Source: Rhina ancylostomus (Eukaryota). From it: 64,000 bases of DNA. Made by a program: the position numbers and the translations under genes. A model generated the notes under the pieces. It did no database searches, was not told where the DNA came from, and saw only the letters and a program-made list of their open reading frames with translations. The stretch spans positions 16,006,657-16,070,656 of the forward strand of contig JARFYF010000060.1 of the NCBI GenBank assembly GCA_030265395.1, read 5' to 3'. Below, one piece after another: positions 24,693 to 36,800 of this stretch. The first letter of the stretch is position 1, and each line of letters begins with the position of its first letter.

Positions 24693-25607
24693 GCGTGCGC
24701 TTGCGGCTGTTCATTCACTATGCGCGGCCCCGGTTGTACGTTGAGTGATGTTCTTGAGTTGGAAACTACAGTTAAAGCTGACCTGTTGCTGGACGATGCC
24801 TGGAAAGGATGGCTTCAGACTGAGCAAACTAAGTCACGAAATCGCACATAAAGGCACCGTAGTTGGTGTTAGGGCCACTTCTGGAAGGACATACGAAATG
24901 ACACCAACATTTGGAAACAAGTCCTGGGCTCAAACCTATTCCATGGAATCCATTGACACCAACAGCCCGACCCCACACACACCAACACTTTTCTAGGGAG
25001 AGCTGTTTTCTCTCCTCATCCCTTTAAACCTTTGCACTTTATTTATTTACCTGCACTGAACTTTCTCTGTAGCTGCTACACTATATTCTGCATTCAGTTT
25101 TCTTTTTACTGCCTCGATGTACTTACGTATGGCATGATGTGCCTGGATGACATTGCAAACAAAAGTTTCTCACTGTTTCATGTGTGACAACAATAAACCA
25201 ATATTACCAATGTTAATCCAGGGTATCCAGTCCCATTCCAGAAGACTCATCACATACTCATTCCAGTAAACCTTATCCTTCTCCACCTTGGCAGAGCCCC
25301 CTTCCCCAGGTAGTGAAGACCCACTTTGCCACCCTGATTTCAGACAAGAGCATGCACCCCAGTTTAGAGAGAGCTACTTCATGGTTAATCCTTTGGCTCT
25401 GTTTGGGAAAGATTGGTAACCATGATTATTGCAGTTGAGACAATGATGAATAAAATTCATCTCACACCAAATGTTTTTTTTTGAAAAAATAATTAGTTTA
25501 ATTAAATGATTGACAAAATTACTCCTCTGAAAAATTGTAATGACCAATCTTAGGCACGAAGCCCAAGCTTGAAATCAGCCCTTTCATGAAAAAAGATATC
25601 TTTATTA

Positions 25608-25882
25608 GTCACTCGTACATCGAAACATACAGTGAAATGCACCTTTTTGCATTGAGTGTTCTGGGGGCAGCCCAAAGTGTCACCACGCTTCCAGCACCAA
25701 CATAGCACGCCCACAACTTCCTAACCTCTATGTCTTTGGAATGTGGGAGGAAACTGGAGCACCCGGAGGAAACCCATGCAGACACGGAGAACATACAAAC
25801 TCCTTACAGACAGTGGCTGGATTTGAACTCGGGTCACTGGCGCTGTAAAGTGTTACATTAACTGCAACACTACCATATCCCC
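25608..25882 (-). mobile_element. V-SINE
   Basis: Minus strand: tRNA-like head with B-box gagttcaaatcc, V-domain gagtttgtatgttctccgtgtctgcatgggtttcctccgggtgctcc; other copies 52640-52790(-), 61720-61960(+). Confidence 0.75.
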
Positions 25883-25994
25883 AAGGAAAATATTTAATTG
25901 TCAGCCCTAGCTGTAACAACTTTTAATAGAAAAATTACAGAAACACAAACAGTCTCTCAGCTGTGACNNNNNNNNNNTGCACCATTAGAGTTCA

Positions 25995-26200
25995 CACACA
26001 AGAGATTCTGCAGATGCTGGAATCTGGGGCAACACACACAAAATGCTGGAGGAACTCAGCAGGTCAGGCAACATCTATGGAGGGAAATAAACAGCGTTTC
26101 AGGTTGAGACCCTTCATCAGGACTAGAAAGGAAGAAGGCAGAAGCCAGGATAAGGTCATGGGAGAGGGAGACCACAGGATGACAGGTGATAGATGAGTCC
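25995..26200 (-). mobile_element. Penelope-type terminal repeat with intact hammerhead core boxes
   Basis: Minus strand 26124-26092: agtc-CTGATGA-agggtctcaacct-GAAA-cgctg. Confidence 0.6.
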
Positions 26201-26580
26201 ATAAACAGTTAAACTACTGTTACAATAATTGCTGAGAGTATGCTGGCAAGTCAGTGCTTATTACTCATCCCTAATAGCCCATACAAAGATGATGATGAGA
26301 CATTGCCTTTAAACATTTCAGCCCTTGTGGTGAAGGTACTCATAGAGTGTTGTTGAGTTAGAAACTGCAGGATTTAGACCCAGTGAAGATGATGTACTTT
26401 CAAATCAGTATTATGTGTGACTTGAATGTGAAGTTGCAAGTGGAGCTGTTCTCGTACTCCCACTGCCCTTGTCTTTTTTGGTGGTGGAGGTCACAGGTTT
26501 GACGAGTGCTGTTACAGCATCTGGGTGAGTAACCGCTGTGCAGTTCATGGGTGATACACATTGCAGACTGTGTGCACTGG

Positions 26581-26607
26581 GGATGGATGGATGGATGGAT
26601 GGATGGA
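26581..26607. repeat. (GGAT)6 microsatellite
   Basis: Direct reading. Confidence 0.9.
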
Positions 26608-27869
26608 GTAAATTTTGGATGGGGGAAGGGGTGCCATTCAAGTTGATTCCTTTGTTCTGGATAGTGCCAAACTCGTTAAATGTTGGCGGAGTGGCATTGA
26701 TTGAGGCAATTAGAGAATATTTCATCATACTCCTGCATTGTAGATGGTGGAAAAGCTTGAGCCATGCCATAGGATAGCCAGATACTGACCTGCTTCTGTA
26801 ACTAGTGTTTATATAGCTGCTACAATTAAGCTTCTGGTCAGTGATAATCCTCTAGGCTATTGATTGTGAGGGAGTTGGCAATGATAATGTCATGGAGTAG
26901 TGAAGGATAGGTAGAAATTGTCATTACCTGGCACTAGAGTGATACGAACATTATTTGCCATTTATCAGATATGGTCTAGGTCTTGCAGCTTACAAGATGG
27001 GCTGCTTCATTTTCTGAGGAGTTAGAAAGGGAAATGAACATCATGTATTCATTAGTAAACATGCTGAATTCTGACCTCATGATAGGTCATTAGTAAATCA
27101 GCCGAAGATAGTTTGTCAAGGCAGACTATCCTAATGAACTCTGTCATTAATGACCAGAGCTGGGTGATTGACCTCCAACAACTACAACTATCTTATTTTG
27201 TGTCTGGTATGACTCTAGCCAGTGGAGAGTTTTATCCTTGTTTTCCAATTACTTCAATTTTACTAGGGCAACACAGGAGACTGCAAGTGCTGGAATCTGG
27301 AGCAACAAACAATCTGCTCGAGGAACTCAGTGGGTTGAACAGCATCTATGGGGAGAAAGGAATAATTGATGTTTCAGGTCAGGTGGACAACATGCCTGGG
27401 CAAATTACAAGAGCTTTGTTAAACATAATTTGATACCAAAATAACAATAAAGAGAGAAAACCTTGCACACGTAAAGGCTTTACCGTTATTAATTTGTTGA
27501 GCTATTTTGTAACTAAAGAATACTCTATCATTTAAACACAATCTTTTCAATTGGTTCCAAATTAACATCTGATTTAGAAAGAACATGGGTATGGCTCAGA
27601 GAAAGGAATGTGCATGTGAATGGTTTTAACAATGAATAATCCCAATTATTTAGGCTACATATGAAATCTTTATTGACTAATTAGGTGCTTTGGTTCCCAG
27701 GTGAGAGTACAAATAATCACAATCGAGGTACAAACTCAACCAACAGATGACGTTCAAATATCAAAAGTAGAACTCTGGTTAACAAAATAAATTGAATGTT
27801 TAATCAAGAAAAAGAGGGAAATCTATGTCAGGTGTAGGCAATTGGTATCAAATTAGTCCTTTGAACATT

Positions 27870-29250
27870 ATAGAAGAAAAAGGAGAGAACCGAAGAAAAA
27901 AGTCAGGAGGGCAAAAGGGGAATATGAAATGGCCTCAGCTAGCAAGATTAAGAAGAATTCTAAAACCTTTTAAGTACATAGAAGCAAGAGGATAGCTAGG
28001 GAGAGAGTACATTCCCTCAGTGACCAAAAGGGAAATCCATGTATTGGAGTCAAGGGGATATGATTGGGGCTGTAAATTAATACTTTTCATTGGTATTCAC
28101 CAGGGAAAAGGATGGAGAGCTAGGAGAGGGGCACGCTGGTATTCTGGAACATGTATAGGAAGGAGGAAATGTTCAAGATATTGGCACGTACGAAGGTGGA
28201 TAAATCCCCAAAGCTTGAGGAGATTGCTGGGGCTTTAATTGAGATTTTTGCATCTTTGTTAGTCTCGGGTTATGAGTGGAAGACTGGAGGAAAGCAGTAG
28301 AAACAAGCTAGGAAACTACAGGCCAGTGGACCTTGCATTAGTAGCAAGGAAATCATTGGAAAAATTTCTAAGGGACTGGATTTATGATCACTTGGAAAGG
28401 CAAGTGGATGTTAATCCAAAGTGGATAGGCAGAGTTAATGTTGTTTTGTGCAGGGGAAATCCTGTTCTACAAATCTGATTGAGTTTTTAAGGAAGTAACT
28501 AAGGAAACTGATGAAGGCAGGGTGGTAGACACAGTATACATGGACTTTAGCAAGGTTTTTGACAAGGTCTTGTATGGTAGGCAAGTTTAGAAGGTTAAAG
28601 CACATGGGATCCTGAGGTGTGTTGACAAAAACTGGATCCACAATTTGCTTGGAGATAGGAGGCTGAGGGTAGTGGTTGAGGATTGCTTTTCTGACTGGAA
28701 GTGGTACACTGTGGGGATCAGTACTGGGGACCTTTGTTGCTTGTCATAAACAGTACAAATGACTTGGGTGATAGTGTAAGTGGTCTGATTAACAAATTGG
28801 TGCAGTTGTAGATTGTGAATAAGATTTTCTAAGAATACAGAGGTATAGTTGGGCAGAGTGGTGGCAGATGGAATTTAATCCAGATGAGTGTGAGGTAATG
28901 TATTTTGTGATATCCAGTGAAAGGAAGGGACCTTATGAGTATTGAAACACAGAGAGATCTTGGGTTGCAAGTTCATGGTTGTGTGATGATAGTGACAGAG
29001 GTGGATAAGAAAATGAAGGTAACAACTGGTATGCTTGCTTTTCAATGCTGAGGCATTGAATGTAACAGTTGAGTTCCTCCAGCAGATTGTTTGTTGCATT
29101 GGATAAACTGGGTTTGTACTCACTGCAGTGCAGGAGGCTGAGAGGTGACCACAGAGAGGTTGAAAAGATCATGAGGGGCATACAGAGGGTCAGAGACTTT
29201 TTCCTAGGGTTTAAAACTAGGATAGTCTTGAGGGGAGAAATTTGAAGGGG
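27870..29250 (+). mobile_element. CR1 LINE ORF2 remnant (frameshifted)
   Basis: GNYRPVDL, gtatacatggactttagcaaggtttttgacaaggtc (VYMDFSKVFDKV), ggggatcagtactggg (GSVLG) RT motifs. Confidence 0.85.
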
Positions 29251-29279
29251 CGGAGGGTATAGAAATCAAATCCAGCACT

Positions 29280-29700
29280 GGCCCCCAAATAATCCCACGC
29301 ACCCCTCCTAGAACCCTCCACCCCTCCCTCGCCGTTACTCTCCATCCTCGGTTCAGGAGCCCCGCGCCAGGTAAACATGGAGAGGGAGGGTGTCCCTCTG
29401 CAGGTCCGGCCTTGCCCAGGACAGACGCAGCCCCCAGGCTGGGTAGTCGGGGTAAAGGACGAAGAATTCACCTGCAGGACCGCCCGTCCCCCTCGGCCGG
29501 TCGTTGCCAGGGCCAGAATCCTGCTCCTAGCAACAGCAGTCAACGGATGTACCGCCCTCCGCCGCGTGTTATTGGCTACTCGCCGGTGGGGCCCACGTTT
29601 CATTGGTCAGAGTCCCCCCCCCCCTCAGGCCACCAGAGGTGGACAGAGCAGCGATGGGGAGCCACAGGGTGGTGAACCGTTGTTCAGTTAAATCAGTGGG
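29280..29700. promoter_or_regulatory. CpG-rich promoter-like island upstream of MFRP
   Basis: High CpG density; two ATTGG (29571, 29602), GC box CCGCCC (29552), RFX-like CCTAGCAAC (29526). Confidence 0.5.
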
Positions 29701-29999
29701 AGTGATGGGGAAGGGATTTTTGTCCCATTTCAATTTTACATAATAAGAATGAATGAGAGAGAAGCAGTTTTTGCACAATTAACACCTGTTTACCTACCCT
29801 CCCATACTGGTTTATGTTGAGTTCACTCATTGAAGAATTTGTTTCTCTCTCACTTAAAACATGTCAGGATGATTCCCTCTCATCTTCTCCCACCCTGGTT
29901 CCTTGATTCTAACCCTTCCTCGGTTTGTTTCGCCCTTGATTTGATTTCCCAGTCTGATTCTCCCTCGTCAAGTTCTCAGCCCGTTTCTCTCCTTAATTC

Positions 30000-30140
30000 T
30001 CTCCTAATCACGTTCTGCTAACTCCAAGAAACTCGACTCGGATTAAAGTAAAACTCCGCGCTATTCAGAAAGGGGGAAGATAAATCTCGAGGTATTTGGC
30101 TGCAGTGTCACATGTGACTGGAATAAGGATAAAGAGAGAC
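30000..30140 (+). promoter_or_regulatory. Candidate MFRP proximal promoter (OTX/CRX and MITF-type motifs)
   Basis: CTAATCA 30004-30010, GGATTAA 30040-30046, palindrome GTCACATGTGAC 30107-30118, GATAAA 30128-30133. Confidence 0.55.
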
Positions 30141-30828
30141 TGCCACTCAGTTTTAGAGCTCAGAGCTCAGAAGTACCTGGCACACACACAGTGGTGGGAA
30201 ACTTTTTTAACGTGGCCCAGAATCTTCTTGTATTTTTTTCCATCATTCAGCATGTTGAATTTGTGGTGACGCGAACAGGAGGACAGCTGATCCAGGATTT
30301 ATTATGTTTGAAAACTTGTGAGTAAACTGAAAATAGAGTTTATTAGAAAGGGAATTACGTACATAGAGTGGCAGACTGAGAAAGAAAAACCACTGGGAAA
30401 ATAAAAACAGAGGCAAAGGTAAAATGAAGCAGACGTAGTGAGAGAGGGAGAGGGTGCAGCAGAGACAGGGGAGGGGATGAAAGACAGAGAGACAACCGGA
30501 CAATGGGAGTGAGACACGGATGTAGAAATGTGATACTGGAGGACACACAGAGACCTGTGCACAGAAGAGGTGGGAATGACAGAAAGAAGAACGAAAGGGG
30601 GATAGAAAAAGATTGAGGGAAATATGTATAGAAAATCTGGCATGTATAAAGTGAGACAATGAACATTGGAAAAAGGGTGAAATATACAATCTATGGAGAG
30701 TCTTGAATCTGAACAACTGACCAAAATAATTTTTTCTCCAGATCTACTGAAGTCCTACTGGACCAATGTCTTTCAGGAAATCGCATTAGTTTCTGATTGT
30801 TGTTGCTAGTTTGTGGACTTCCTCAAAC

Positions 30829-30891
30829 ATGTGGGAAAGAGTGGAGTTCACGGAAATCACTTTGGAAGACCCCAGGAGAGAGGACAGCAAG
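30829..30891 (+). CDS. MFRP: MFRP coding exon 1
   Basis: [21 protein letters not shown]|gtgagg; resembles mammalian MKDFSDVIL...ESSK as recalled. Confidence 0.8.
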
Positions 30892-33800
30892 GTGAGGATA
30901 AGGCTTCAGGATCAAACTGATGACAGCTGTTTAAATTGAGGAATCCATCTATAAACCATTTTTTAAATCTCAATACTTCAGGTCCCTTGGATTCAGTCTT
31001 AGTGAAATTGGTCTCCTTAGTGTTCCCCCTCTCAAGATGATTCCACCAGCATTATCTGCAATGGCAGCTGGTACCAGTGCCCATCTTTTTTGTGTTCACT
31101 CAAAGAATAAGTGTCACCAGACCATTCCATGTGGAAATTCACCACAGCTGAGCTCCCAGTTCTGACATCCTCTTAGTATTTAGGTAGGCCACTGGCCATA
31201 TCAAAAACAGCAGCCTGGTTGATTCTTGCTCTCATAGGAAAGGTTAAGAGGGATATGGGCCAATTGCAAGCAAATGGGACTAGCTGAGGTGGGAATCTTG
31301 GTCAGCATGGATCAGTTGGGCCAAAGGGCCTGTTTCCATGCTTTATGACTCTGTAAACCAGCAGAACTGAGGCTGATTATAGTACCCCTACTCATGGTTA
31401 TACAACTACAATACATGTACATAAACACTTAGCATTGTTACTTACAAGCTCTTCAAAAGCATTGCAACCATCCAACCTAATATTCATCGCACCAGTGGAG
31501 GGGCCTGGGGCCTATGAGATACTATGAAATAAAGACTAAAACTGAGCAAACCGTCAAACGTTGGGAAAATGAGCTAGTGATCTGTTTGCTTTCAGACTGA
31601 TTTCATTAACCCAGCCTACCAACCAGACTGTGGAAGTGAAGACCAGGGGGATCAGGGAACTGGAAATTACCTGAAAACTAACCTGCAGAATGAATCAGGT
31701 GAGAGCAGTTCAGTGCACCCATGTTCTCAAGTCCTGCTTTGACCAGCATTGATTCTGGGTTTACCCATGATAGGGTGCAAGGTGAGTGGGAGAAGTAGGG
31801 TGGGGAGAGAGAATGTCAGGGAGGTTTAGTGGGGCAGGAGAGGAAGGGAAAGGCTCTATGCCTACTATAGGGTAGGGTCAAGGATAAAGATAGTCATGGG
31901 GAGTAGGTGGGAGGGTTGTTGTGTGATAATTGAAGGGTTCCATGACGTAGATGAGAAAGGAGAACAAAGCAGAAGGATAGGGAGGGAATGGGAATGAGCT
32001 GGTATGGGGGCCGTGTGGTGAAATACAGGAAATGATCAGTGGGGTGTGGGTGTTGAGGAACCTGTGTTTTACCATCCTTCCAAGTTGCTCAGAGGGAGAG
32101 AAAATCATCCTAAGGGCAGTGGTCAGATCTCTGTTTATGTCAATCAGGGCCAAGCAAGGAACAGTTGATTAATGGTTGGGATGTTGAGGGTTAGGCCATG
32201 AAAGAAACATGCTGGAGTAAGAACTACCCTGGGAAAAGATTATAACTTCAATACACTATATATACACTTATTATAAATGTAGACCTTGTGTCACATTGAC
32301 AAGGAGAGCTTGAATTAGGAAATTCTGAACCTGTCAACTCAGGGACTGAAAATCAGACCTGGAGTTCTAGAGTGTATGGTTTGCAGCTGCTGAAAAAGAA
32401 TTTTAAGTATTAATACTCAGTATTAATATTAATACTTGGTACAAATATTAATCCTAGCTATAAATATTAATACTTAATAGCAAGTGAAAACCACAGCTCC
32501 AGGTTTTTTGTTGTCAAAAGCTATTCAGCTGAATAGAAATGACCAAATAAAGAGAAAGTTATGAATGATGGAGACAGGGAAGAAATAAATCTGCAGAAAG
32601 ATTAATTTAGTGAACAAGTGGTCAATCTAGGAATAGACTCTCTAGGGAGTTGTGAAAGTATTGATTCATCCAATGCAGATTCTTTCTAAAAAATCTTTTG
32701 AGATATAGTTAATGAGTGAACTATGCCGTGATGTACGGATATAACATTTTGGGGAGGAGTGTATTTACATAAGCTCTTTAACATAATGAAATATTCCAAG
32801 ATAATTCAGAAGTATTATGAAATAAAATTTGACACTGAGCCATGTAAATAGGTATTATTGTAGATGTCTAAAAGCTTGGTTAAGCTTGGAATGTCTTAAG
32901 CAATAAGAGAGGTTGATTGGAAGAGTTTTAGGGAGGGAATTCCAGAACTTAGGAACTTGGTAGCTGAAGGTATGCCAAGTCTTTTGGTTCCACTATTTTA
33001 TTTTCTCATATCTTGGTTTGTCATACATTAATTGATAGAGGTTCAATGCTATGATTAGCCAATAATTCCACTATTGTTGCATTAATTAACAACCAGGACA
33101 CTAAAAGTGAACTTGATAGATTTTGGCCTTTTGATTTCAAGCAATCTGTATTCCGGAAAGGATTTAACACTGGCAGCCTCTGAACCGTAACCTTTAACAA
33201 ATGAAAGAAGTTCCAATACATCTCAGTTAAGTGATCATTTCTTAATCTTGTAAATGTTTCCTTGTTTGAGATTTTCCCACAAGTAGAAACATCATTGCAC
33301 TTGGTCAATGCTGCTAGAAATTTGGGAGGGTGGTGAGAGGTGAAAAGTATAAAACCAAGTTGCAAGCTATGAGTTGAGAGTGAAAGTTTTTTTTCCTGAA
33401 TATTTTTCCAATTCCAGTACATGGTTCCTGGGAAACACTTGTTGGAAGAGCTGGTGCATGCCCAGGTCCAACGTGGCTCTTAGTTATAGTATTGGCTGCA
33501 ATTCTGACTGTGACTATTGGAGGGAGTTTGATCACCTTCACCATCCGTAAGTATTTGAATCTACTCGAGCAGATGGCAGCAGTGATGTCTTTAACCTGGG
33601 CTGTCATCACAGGAAGTGACACACACTTACCTCCAGGAATCTTTGATCACCTGCAGACAGCTTCAGAGCATTAAACATCACATTATGCTGGGAAGAATGC
33701 CAAGCTATATTTGTCAGAGAGGCAAGTCACCATTTAAAAAAAAGCAACGAGTCCCTTCCAATTGCCCTATGCAAACGCTGAATGCAACATCACCTACCAC

Positions 33801-36800
33801 CAATTGAAGGTGATTGAACACAGTCTTTCTAATTGTTCTACATGACAACTTTAATCACTGCTCACCCCACCCACATACTAAAATATTTCTCCAAAACTGG
33901 CTTCAACAAATATTAATGTGTGATAGTCTGCAGGTTTCTGATCAAGAGTTTTCAAAAAAGTCCAACAGAACTTTCCCTCCAATGTATTTGTAAGTGTTAA
34001 TTGATTCCACATCATCAATACTAAAAACAGCAGGTGACAACCATGTTCCTTATTAGAAAGGAAGAACTCCGGTTAAGGATGCCTTGAGGAGAAGTGTGGT
34101 CAATAAATTACTATAGCTTGACACCCTATTTACACAGAGCAAGGTCCCATAAGCAGCAATTGATAATAACAAAGTAATCTGGATGTAGATGTTGGTTGAG
34201 TGATAAATTTTGGCCAAGTCACTGGAGAGAACTCCCTTACAGTTCTGTGAACATTGCCATGGAATCTTTCACATCCACCTGAGAGAAAAGGTAGGTCTCA
34301 GTTCCAACAGTGCAGCCCGATTTTGTGCTATTGTCTCAGAGTTGGGGTTTAGACCTATGATCACACATCCCAGACCTGAGAATGTAACTTTTTACCCTAG
34401 CTTCTGACAGGCTCAGTGACAATTTGTCAATAACACTCCTTTTCCCCTAGTTTTCTGCCTGCTGCTTACAGATTCATCAATCTGAAGCTGGGACTGAACA
34501 CAAGGCAGAATCTAACTTGTTCCAACCATAGCCCATCTCAATCTAATACAATGTCCCACTTAACCTTGGATGAAGTGCTTGTCACAATAATCACTAGACT
34601 TAACATTTCTGAAAATCATCTGACGCTCTTCTTTCTTTCTGTAGAACTGGTTGTTCAGAAATCAGCAAATAATCGCTCTGGGGAAATGGCTGATGTGCCC
34701 AGCAACAGTAACAAGACTTCTGTCAGCCTCTTTACAGCCTCTCCCTCTGCTACTGCTTCCAGCTCTGAGAATGTAGTCCTGCTCACTCCTGGTATTTCAG
34801 CATCCCAAACTTCAATGTCGTCACCATGTGAGTGTCACAACCCCTGTATAATGTTCCACCACTTAAACAGGCCATTAGACACATTCAATCTAATCTCACT
34901 GCTGCTCAACCCACTGAGTTCCTCCAGCAGATTGTTTTGTTGCTCCATAATCCAGCATCTTCAGTCTCTTGTGTCTCCAACTAATCTCACTCTCCTGATT
35001 ACCTCCATTTTAGTCTTCCAGATAGTCTAGTTCTACAGTTCTGCTCACTCCCTTTATCTTTTAGTTTCCCACTGTCCTATCTCATTGTCCCCTCAGTCCA
35101 TATCTTTTATTACACCAGTTAGTGTAATTTAATTCTTCTCTGAAGACATGTATTGACTTTACTTCAATGACAGTTTGAGACAAAGAATGCTTCCCTCACT
35201 AAAGAAAATTTCTGCAATGCCAATCTTTCTGAAATCACCTTAAACTTGTATCTCTCATTACTGTTTCATCAGCCAATTGAAGCAGTCTATTGGCCACCTT
35301 GGAGACACTTCAGGATGCCTCTGAGTTTTCTCAACCCAAATGAAAATATGCAAACTTTAAATCTCTCTTCAGAACTGCATCCCCCACAACTCTGATAACA
35401 GCCTACTCACTCCACTCTGTCCTATTTCCATTCTTGATGTAATTAGCCACTCAAAATTAAAATGAAGCCTGAAGATCTCCTTCTTGGGTTTCCATTTTCT
35501 ATCTTCTGATACCGATCAAGCTACAGCTGTGTTTCTTATGAGTTTATTGACTTGTGGTGCCACCTTAATTGGCCTGTTAATTGGGTGACCCTCTGTTCTC
35601 CAATTGCACTTGTAATCTTAACATTTCAGCTGTTTTCCTTCAAGTGTTACGCCCTTGCTTCATGCTGTATGGAACTGCATTTGCCAACTGCTTGCCATTC
35701 CTGCTCACTTAACATTTGCCAAACATCCCAGTTTCAACAAGGAGACACAGGAGATTCTGCAGATGCTGGAATCTGGAACAACAATCGTGTTTGCTCCAAT
35801 TTCCAACAACCCCCAATTCCTAATTATATTTATATATGATTAATGGAAAACAGCCTCAGTATGGAGCTCATCCTTTTGTTTTTGTTTGGTCTAATGAAGG
35901 TGGGGAACCTTCTGCACCGTTCCACTCCAGCCATTTTATTGATTTATTCAACTGACTCTTGTGATTTCTGACTGCAGTGTGCGGTGGGATCCTTCGAAAC
36001 CCTGAGGGTTCATTCTCTACCCCTCGCTACCCAGCACAATACCCCGCGAACTTGATATGTGTTTGGTGGATCTTGGTGGAACCAGGGTACGTGATCCAGT
36101 TTAAAGTTGACTCCTTGAATATCGAGGGACAGTCCCCTTGTCATTTTGACCGCCTGGATCTTCATGAAGAAGAAGAAAACGGGTTTCATACACATCAGAT
36201 AGCGAGGTCAGACTATGTTCTGTTGATCTTTCCATTCCTCTCACACCCTTTGCAACTTTTAAAAATTCTCTTTTCCATTTCTGGAGAGAGACTTTAACCT
36301 GTTCCTTTTTCTAGATTCCAATTAGTTTATTGTCATATACACCAGGGTGCAATGAAGCTCCTTGCTCGGTTGAAGTTCACTGTATAAACAGAGTAAATGG
36401 TAACAATAAGTACAACAAAAAAAGTGTCGTGGCAAAAAAAAAACGGTGCAAAGAGCAAACTGAGGTCGTGCAAAGGAATACACAGACGCGCCTGATCTGC
36501 TGAGCGTTTCCAACATTTTGTTTTTATTTTATATAAACAAAGTCAGGTGTCAGTTTGCCAAGGAAGATGAAAGACGGTGATTATAAAACTAAACTTGCAG
36601 TCGGTGTGATCTTAACTGAGATAGTTGTGCAGGGATCTCCCGGAGCTGAGGAGCTATTGTTAGAACTAACTTTGTAGGAGAGCAAAATTGGGCGGGGCGT
36701 TCGAACTCGCATTGTTCTTGATCCGGTCAGTTCTCTGCCAGGTCGGTTCAGTTGAACATCCACATCCTTTCCAACACTCTCCTCTTGCTCATTCTGGCTA

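Noticed and set aside
25800-25882. tRNA-like A/B boxes
   Set aside because: Head of a V-SINE; no complete cloverleaf, so not a tRNA gene
30243-30724. Three overlapping hydrophobic minus-strand ORFs
   Set aside because: By-product of a purine-rich low-complexity plus strand that lacks minus-strand stops
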